In this document: positions 59,541-64,000 of the stretch, one piece after another
Layout of the letters: each line of letters begins with the position of its first letter
Position numbering within the stretch: position 1 is the stretch's first letter
Origin: an uncultured Myxococcia bacterium
GTDB lineage: Bacteria > Myxococcota_A > UBA9042 > PHBI01
Reading direction: 5' to 3'
Length of the DNA stretch: 64,000 bases
Assembly: GCA_942493285.1 (NCBI GenBank)
Contig: OW818691.1
Span: 3,410,321-3,474,320 of the forward strand
Program-made: the position numbers and the translations under genes
Notes under the pieces: model-generated
Seen by the model: the letters and a program-made list of their open reading frames with translations, nothing else
Database searches by the model: none
Told to the model about the DNA's origin: nothing

Positions 59541-59840
59541 ATGACCACGCCCGCCCCGACGACCGTCTTCTGCTCCCGCCACAAGCAGGACCTCCCCGCC
59601 ATCAGCTCGCGCCTGACCTTCATCGGCGCCTTTGGCGACAAGGTCCGCGCCAACGTCTCACAGAAGGCCTGGGTCGAGTGGCTCGACATGCAGATCAAGG
59701 TCATCAACGAGTATCGCCTGCACCTCGGCGAGCCGGCCCACCGCCAATTCCTCGAGGACATGGCGGCCAAGTTCTTCGGCTTCGACGGCGCGACCGGCGA
59801 TCTCGGCGCAGGCCCGGAAGGCGGCCTCTCAGGCACCTGA
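59541..59840 (+). CDS. yggX: Fe(II)-trafficking / oxidative-damage protection protein YggX family
   Basis: …SQKAWVEWLDMQIKVINEYRLHLGEPAHRQFLEDMAAKFFGF…, the characteristic YggX core. Confidence 0.75.
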   Translation: MTTPAPTTVFCSRHKQDLPAISSRLTFIGAFGDKVRANVSQKAWVEWLDMQIKVINEYRLHLGEPAHRQFLEDMAAKFFGFDGATGDLGAGPEGGLSGT

Positions 59841-59928
59841 GACCGCTGACCTCGCCGCTCACCGGACTCACCCAGGCCTGCTTTCGAGGGCCGGACGCCG
59901 GCCCGACCGACATTGAGTGCGCGGCTCT

Positions 59929-60450
59929 TTACTCAGCCGCCGTGACCCCATGCACCCAGGCGCGAATCGCCTGGATCTCGGGCCGCCACATCTCGTCGTC
60001 GGTTCGGATCTCCATGAACTGGCGAAAGAGCCCGGCGACGGTGTCTTCGATCTCCTCGACGAGCATGAAGCGCTCGTAGAGCTGGTCGTCGTCCTCGCGG
60101 CTCAGGAGTGCTGGGATCTTGATGCCGGACAAGGCCAGCGTGTCGCCCTTGACCGACACCGTCCACTGCTTCTGCCCCGACACCAGGCGCAGCCGCGCAT
60201 CTGACACGAGCTTGCCCGTCAGCAGAGCCGCGTGCGCCTCGCTGGTCTCGGTCGGGTTCTCCGCCTTGACCACGTTGCTCTCCTTGATGTCTCCGCCCGC
60301 TTCCAGGGTGAGCTTCGCGTCGAACCACACCTCGAGCGGCCCGTCGCTCATCTCGAAGATCCCGTTTTGCAGGGAGCTTCGAAACCACAACCAGGTCAGG
60401 AACTCACGGCCGAGATAACGCGTCGAATTGATTCGATTGATAATGTCCAT
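59929..60450 (-). CDS. C-terminal half of an RdgC-like recombination-associated protein (downstream ORF)
   Basis: FLTWLWFRSSLQNGIFEM resembles RdgC LTEWVRSG…GFQLL, and EDDDQLYERFMLVEEIEDTVAGLFRQFMEI resembles RdgC [34 protein letters not shown]. It is in the same frame as the upstream ORF. I recalled the E. coli RdgC reference sequence from memory rather than searching it. Confidence 0.4.
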   Translation of the reverse strand: MDIINRINSTRYLGREFLTWLWFRSSLQNGIFEMSDGPLEVWFDAKLTLEAGGDIKESNVVKAENPTETSEAHAALLTGKLVSDARLRLVSGQKQWTVSVKGDTLALSGIKIPALLSREDDDQLYERFMLVEEIEDTVAGLFRQFMEIRTDDEMWRPEIQAIRAWVHGVTAAE

Positions 60451-60459
60451 TTCGACCTC

Positions 60460-61110
60460 TCAGGAGTTCCGCTTGCGCCGCTTGCTCTCGCCCGGTGGCG
60501 CCGACATGGCCGCCGGCTCGAGGTCCAACACCTTCTCGAGCTGCTCCTCGTCGAACCCGACCTGCTCCATGAGGCTGTACGGGTTCTTCTCGTTGGGCTG
60601 CAGCCCGAAGGTCTCCTGGAACAGGTCGAGGAACTGCTCATTCACCTTCTTGTTGGTCGACCACACCCACACCACGCCGCGGTCCATGTTCCAGACCACG
60701 TCATATGTCTTGATATTGGGCAGGACCTTCTTTTTCAGCTGCTTCTCTAGGCGGTCCCTGACCTCCTCGACCTCGGCCTTGCTGAGCTTCTCCTTCCCCG
60801 TCTTCTTGCAGTGCTCGAGCACCGCCTTCTTCAGGTGGAACTTGAACGCGGTCGCCGGCAACCGGATGGTGTCGTGCCGCAGCGTCGCGATGAGGTAGCT
60901 CCCCCACAACACGTTGTTCAGCTCGAACTCCGTGTTGAACGGGTCCTCCACCGTGACCCAGCCGAGCGCCTCTTCGTTCTCGAGGTCGAGGTTGATGTCC
61001 TGGAAGCGATGCTTCCGGAGCCCCTCGACGTAGGCCGTCTTGAAGTCCTTGGGGATCTCACCCTGCACGTAATAGCAGGCCATCGTGAGCGTCCCAGCCA
61101 GCGCTCCCAT
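60460..61110 (-). CDS. N-terminal half of an RdgC-like protein (upstream ORF, ends at TGA 60460-60462)
   Basis: …KFHLKKAVLEHCKKTGKEKLSKAEVEEVRDRLEKQLKKKVLPN…VVWNMDRGVVWVWSTNKKVNEQFLDLFQETFG parallels RdgC …[37 protein letters not shown]…MMWIDTVNGLIMVD…AEDTLALLRKSLG. Its GC is lower than the neighbours. Confidence 0.4.
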   Translation of the reverse strand: MGALAGTLTMACYYVQGEIPKDFKTAYVEGLRKHRFQDINLDLENEEALGWVTVEDPFNTEFELNNVLWGSYLIATLRHDTIRLPATAFKFHLKKAVLEHCKKTGKEKLSKAEVEEVRDRLEKQLKKKVLPNIKTYDVVWNMDRGVVWVWSTNKKVNEQFLDLFQETFGLQPNEKNPYSLMEQVGFDEEQLEKVLDLEPAAMSAPPGESKRRKRNS

Positions 61111-61370
61111 TGCTCGTCTCCATCGAGCGGCTCACCGCTCATCGTCCGTGTTCCAAGCTCGAGCGCGGCGCCTCACCTTCCGAGGCCGCTTGCGCATCGA
61201 CGCGCCCCCCACCGCGAAGCGGCGTGAGAGCCCGCCGGGACTACCCGACAAGCCGCCCACACTCAACTTTCACGGCCCACAAAAGCGAACGGCCGCCCCA
61301 CCCGGGAGCGGCCGCTCGACACTCAGAAGATCCCTACGCCGCGGGTCGCGGCAAAGGGTTCACTTCCCTA

Positions 61371-63051
61371 TCACTCGCCGATGAGGAACTCGACGCGACG
61401 GTTGGCCTCGCGGGCCTCCTTCGTCTTGCCCTCGACCGCCGGACGCGACTCACCGAAGCCCTGCGCGGTCAGGCGCTCGGCCTCGATACCGTTGGTCACA
61501 AGCCAGGCCGAAACCGACTTGGCGCGGTCATCGGACAGCTTGAGGTTACGCTTGTCGTTGCCCACGTCGTCCGTGTGTCCCTCGATTGCGACCTTCTTGA
61601 TCTGCGGGTTGGCCTTGAGGATACCCTTCACGGCCTCGAGGACCGGGAAGCTCTCGGGCTTGATCGTGGCCTTGCCCGTGTCGAAGAAGATCTTCTGCAG
61701 GATGATGATCTTGTTGTTCTCGACCTTCGCGAGCGTCTCGTCCGGGCAGCCGTTCTCATCCTCGAAGCCGTTGTACACCTCGGCCTCGTTCGGGCACTTG
61801 TCGTCGCCGTCGAGGATGCGGTCTCCGTCGTTGTCCGGGTCGGGGCAGCCGTCCTCGTCCTGGAAGCCATCCTTGTCCTCGGCCTCGTTAGCGCACTTGT
61901 CGTCCGCGTCGAGGATCCCGTCGCCATCGTTGTCGAGGTCGGGGCAGCCGTCCTCATCCTGGAAGCCGTCCTTGTCCTCGGCGTCGTTCGGGCAGCGGTC
62001 CGCAGCGTCGAGCACCCCGTCGCCGTCGTTGTCGGCGTCCGGGCAACCGTCCTCATCCTGGAAGCCGTCCTTGTCCTCGGCCTGCATCGGGCACTTGTCG
62101 AGGTCGTCGAGGATGCCGTCGCCGTCCTGGTCGAGGACGACCTCGGGCGAGAAGGCGATGCCCGCGAACACGCGGAACTTGGTGTTGCCATAGCCGGTCG
62201 TGAACCCGGACCCGCCACCGACGGTGAACGAGAGACCCGAGTCCGGAATCGCGAGCCGTCCGGCCAACACACCCTCGAGATGGGTGTTGTTCGCCGCCGA
62301 CCAGTCCGCCGACGCGCCGTAGAGCTCGCCGATGATCGACAGCTGGTTCGGCACGACCGCGTACGCGGCGCCGAGGCGCCAGAAGAACTCGCTGCCGACG
62401 GTCGCAAAACCGTACAGGTCAGCATCGTCCTCGGTACGCAGGCGATAGCCGAGGTTACCGGTGACCATGAAATCGCCGGCTTTGAAGTCGGCGATGATGG
62501 CCGGCGCGATCTGGAAGCCATCAGACACGAAGCTGTCTTTCTGACCAGTCGGCAAGGTGAAGTCGAGCGCCGCGCCGAGACCGAAGCCGTCTCCGCCCTT
62601 CTCGCGGGTCAGGATGCCGCCCTTGACGGACAGCCGGATGTCGCCCAGGGCGAAACCTGAGACCTCCGGATCGAGCGGGATGAATCCGGCCTCTTCTCCG
62701 CTGTTGAGCAGGAAGAGCGGGACGCTCAAGCCGATCGACAGGCGGTCGAAGAGCGCCAACGAGCCGAAGAGGTCGGCTGTGAGCTGGTTCTGGATGACCT
62801 CGTGGCGGAGGTCACCCTCGCCCGTCGTGTCGACGAAGACGAGCGGGTTCTTACCGAAATTGATGAGCAATCCGGCACCCCACTGGGTGTGGACCGCTTG
62901 CTCATTCGTGAGCGAGGTCAGCAGATCCCCGACGTGAGCCGAGGGACGGAAGACCTGTACGTTCACGCGCGGGTTCTCGGCGTGGACGGTGGTGGTCGTG
63001 GCGGCCGTTACGGCCAGGAGACCCATTTGGGCGAGGGCCTTGAGCTTCATC
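61371..63051 (-). CDS. OmpA-family outer-membrane protein with thrombospondin type-3 repeats
   Basis: Signal MKLKALAQMGLLAVTAATTTTVHA. An N-terminal beta-barrel region. Five or more TSP3 repeats (DQDGDGILDDLDKCP, DADNDGDGVLDAADRCP, …). C-terminal OmpA/MotB peptidoglycan-binding domain (…VAIEGHTDDVGNDKRNLKLSDDRAKSV…NRRVEF). Confidence 0.85.
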
Positions 63052-63369
63052 GGCGTGTTCCTCCCAGCGCGGGTGACCCCGCATCGCCATCGCGCCTGAG
63101 GCCGAACGCCTGTCCGGCCCCCCCACGCGATAGAATGGCCAGCCTCGCCCCATGAAATGGCGTCGCTGACCTGACCCAGCTCTCTCCCAGAGCGCCAGGG
63201 GCCCACGCGAAGTCTCGGAAATCAGACAACTTCGCTGTTGGCCGGGGCGGACAATATCAGGGAGCCGACCTACGCACAACCTCTTCCCTAGGCATCGTCG
63301 AAAGACCGGTTGACCGAGGATTAGCACGTCAAGGGCCCGCCACTGCTGGCCCTGACGTCACTGCCCGAC

Positions 63370-64000
63370 TCAATCGTCCGCTTCGCCTCCGACCAAATCG
63401 GCCGCGCCCTCGACCGAAAGCCCGGGCAAAACCATCCCGCGCGGGACAAAGAACCCGCGCAGCCAGGCCCGATGGACGCGGTCGGCGCGACGCCGCCCCA
63501 TTCCTTTGATGGCCCGCTCGATTTCGCCGGGCGGCTGGTCGAGCTCCGGCACGAGCTTTCGAATCATCTTTTCGAGCTCCACCTGGCGGTGTTGGGGCGG
63601 CAGGAGCTCATGCACCACCGCCACAAGCACCCGCTCGATGAGCGCATCCGACGGGCTTGCACGCACGATTCGACTGCCGCCGACCATCAACTTTGCAAGC
63701 CGCCGCGCCGCGAATGGCGCACGCTCGAAGCGCTGCTCGACCTCGTCGGCAAACGGCATTGCCACCACGGCCAGAAAGAGGAGCTCGGCCGAAACGTCGG
63801 GCCCGGCGGCTATGATCGGGGTGCCGGAAGCCGCGTCTCCATGCGGACACAGCGACGGAATCGGCCGCAAGGCGGGCGAAATGACGAGCCGCACGCTACC
63901 CGCCCCGATGCCTTCGGCACCTGCCCCGCCCACCATCGAATCAAGCAGCGCATTAACCTCGCCGACAAGCCGCTCCTGGGTTCGCGCGGCTTCAGCCTCC
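63370..64000 (-). CDS. Hypothetical protein (3' part; the gene continues past the window end)
   Basis: The open frame on the minus strand runs to the window edge. The product is helical and Arg/Ala-rich, with no confidently recognised motif. Confidence 0.3.
   Translation of the reverse strand, partial: EAEAARTQERLVGEVNALLDSMVGGAGAEGIGAGSVRLVISPALRPIPSLCPHGDAASGTPIIAAGPDVSAELLFLAVVAMPFADEVEQRFERAPFAARRLAKLMVGGSRIVRASPSDALIERVLVAVVHELLPPQHRQVELEKMIRKLVPELDQPPGEIERAIKGMGRRRADRVHRAWLRGFFVPRGMVLPGLSVEGAADLVGGEADD

Noticed and set aside
59890-59910. GGGCCGGACGCCGGCCC hairpin between yggX and the RdgC-like gene as a bidirectional terminator
   Set aside because: It is a GC-only stem with a 3-nt loop and no U-tract on either strand. 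It is plausible but too weak to call as a feature.
60460-60462. Selenocysteine (UGA recoding) in the RdgC-like gene
   Set aside because: There is no cysteine homologue at that position in RdgC, no recognisable SECIS-type hairpin downstream, and the surrounding linker (…GESKRRKRNS*EVEM…) looks like an unstructured insertion. A nonsense mutation or assembly error is far more likely.

Overview
This is a high-GC (~70%) bacterial chromosomal window with the codon bias and protein families of a myxobacterium (Myxococcota). I base that on the Myxococcus-type cysteine-rich repeat lipoproteins, the MJ0042-type zinc-ribbon N-termini, the TSP3-repeat OmpA protein and the split atp operon. The core of the window is housekeeping: a minus-strand operon lipA–E1alpha–E1beta–E2–lpdA for a lipoylated 2-oxoacid dehydrogenase (8007-13867) and a minus-strand F1Fo ATP synthase operon b'-b-delta-alpha-gamma-beta-epsilon that lacks the a and c subunits (14239-21026). 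Both are flanked by accessory-looking secreted and lipoprotein genes. The stretches I judge worth a second look are listed below.

- 3-3839: a caspase-like (peptidase C14) secreted protein with an apparent internal frameshift, preceded by a zf-HC2 anti-sigma-like membrane protein and bracketed by two proteins that share an acidic Cys-rich C-terminal module.
- 3858-7277: an FmdB zinc-ribbon gene plus a radical SAM enzyme, divergent from a secreted prokaryotic phospholipase-A2-like protein that carries three tandem ~80-aa repeats.
- 32762-35612: an outer-membrane beta-barrel followed by a 13-heme c-type cytochrome, which is a candidate porin-cytochrome electron conduit.
- 52491-58525: a TonB-dependent receptor, a lipoprotein, FolE2 and a HExxH lipoprotein peptidase, with an AT-rich 28-bp direct repeat, which could be a zinc-starvation island.
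- 59929-61110: an RdgC-like gene split by a single in-frame TGA.
- 29856-29908: a near-consensus sigma70 promoter nested in a perfect 10-bp inverted repeat upstream of a phasin-like gene.

Other genes in the window include hslO, a GT2 mannosyltransferase, an acyl-CoA synthetase, a penicillin-binding protein, tatD, a rhomboid protease, a hybrid histidine kinase with a divergent sigma54 activator, a UbiB/ABC1 kinase and yggX.

I found no rRNA, tRNA, CRISPR array, IS element or integrase. All calls rest on motif recognition from the translated ORFs; I ran no database searches.
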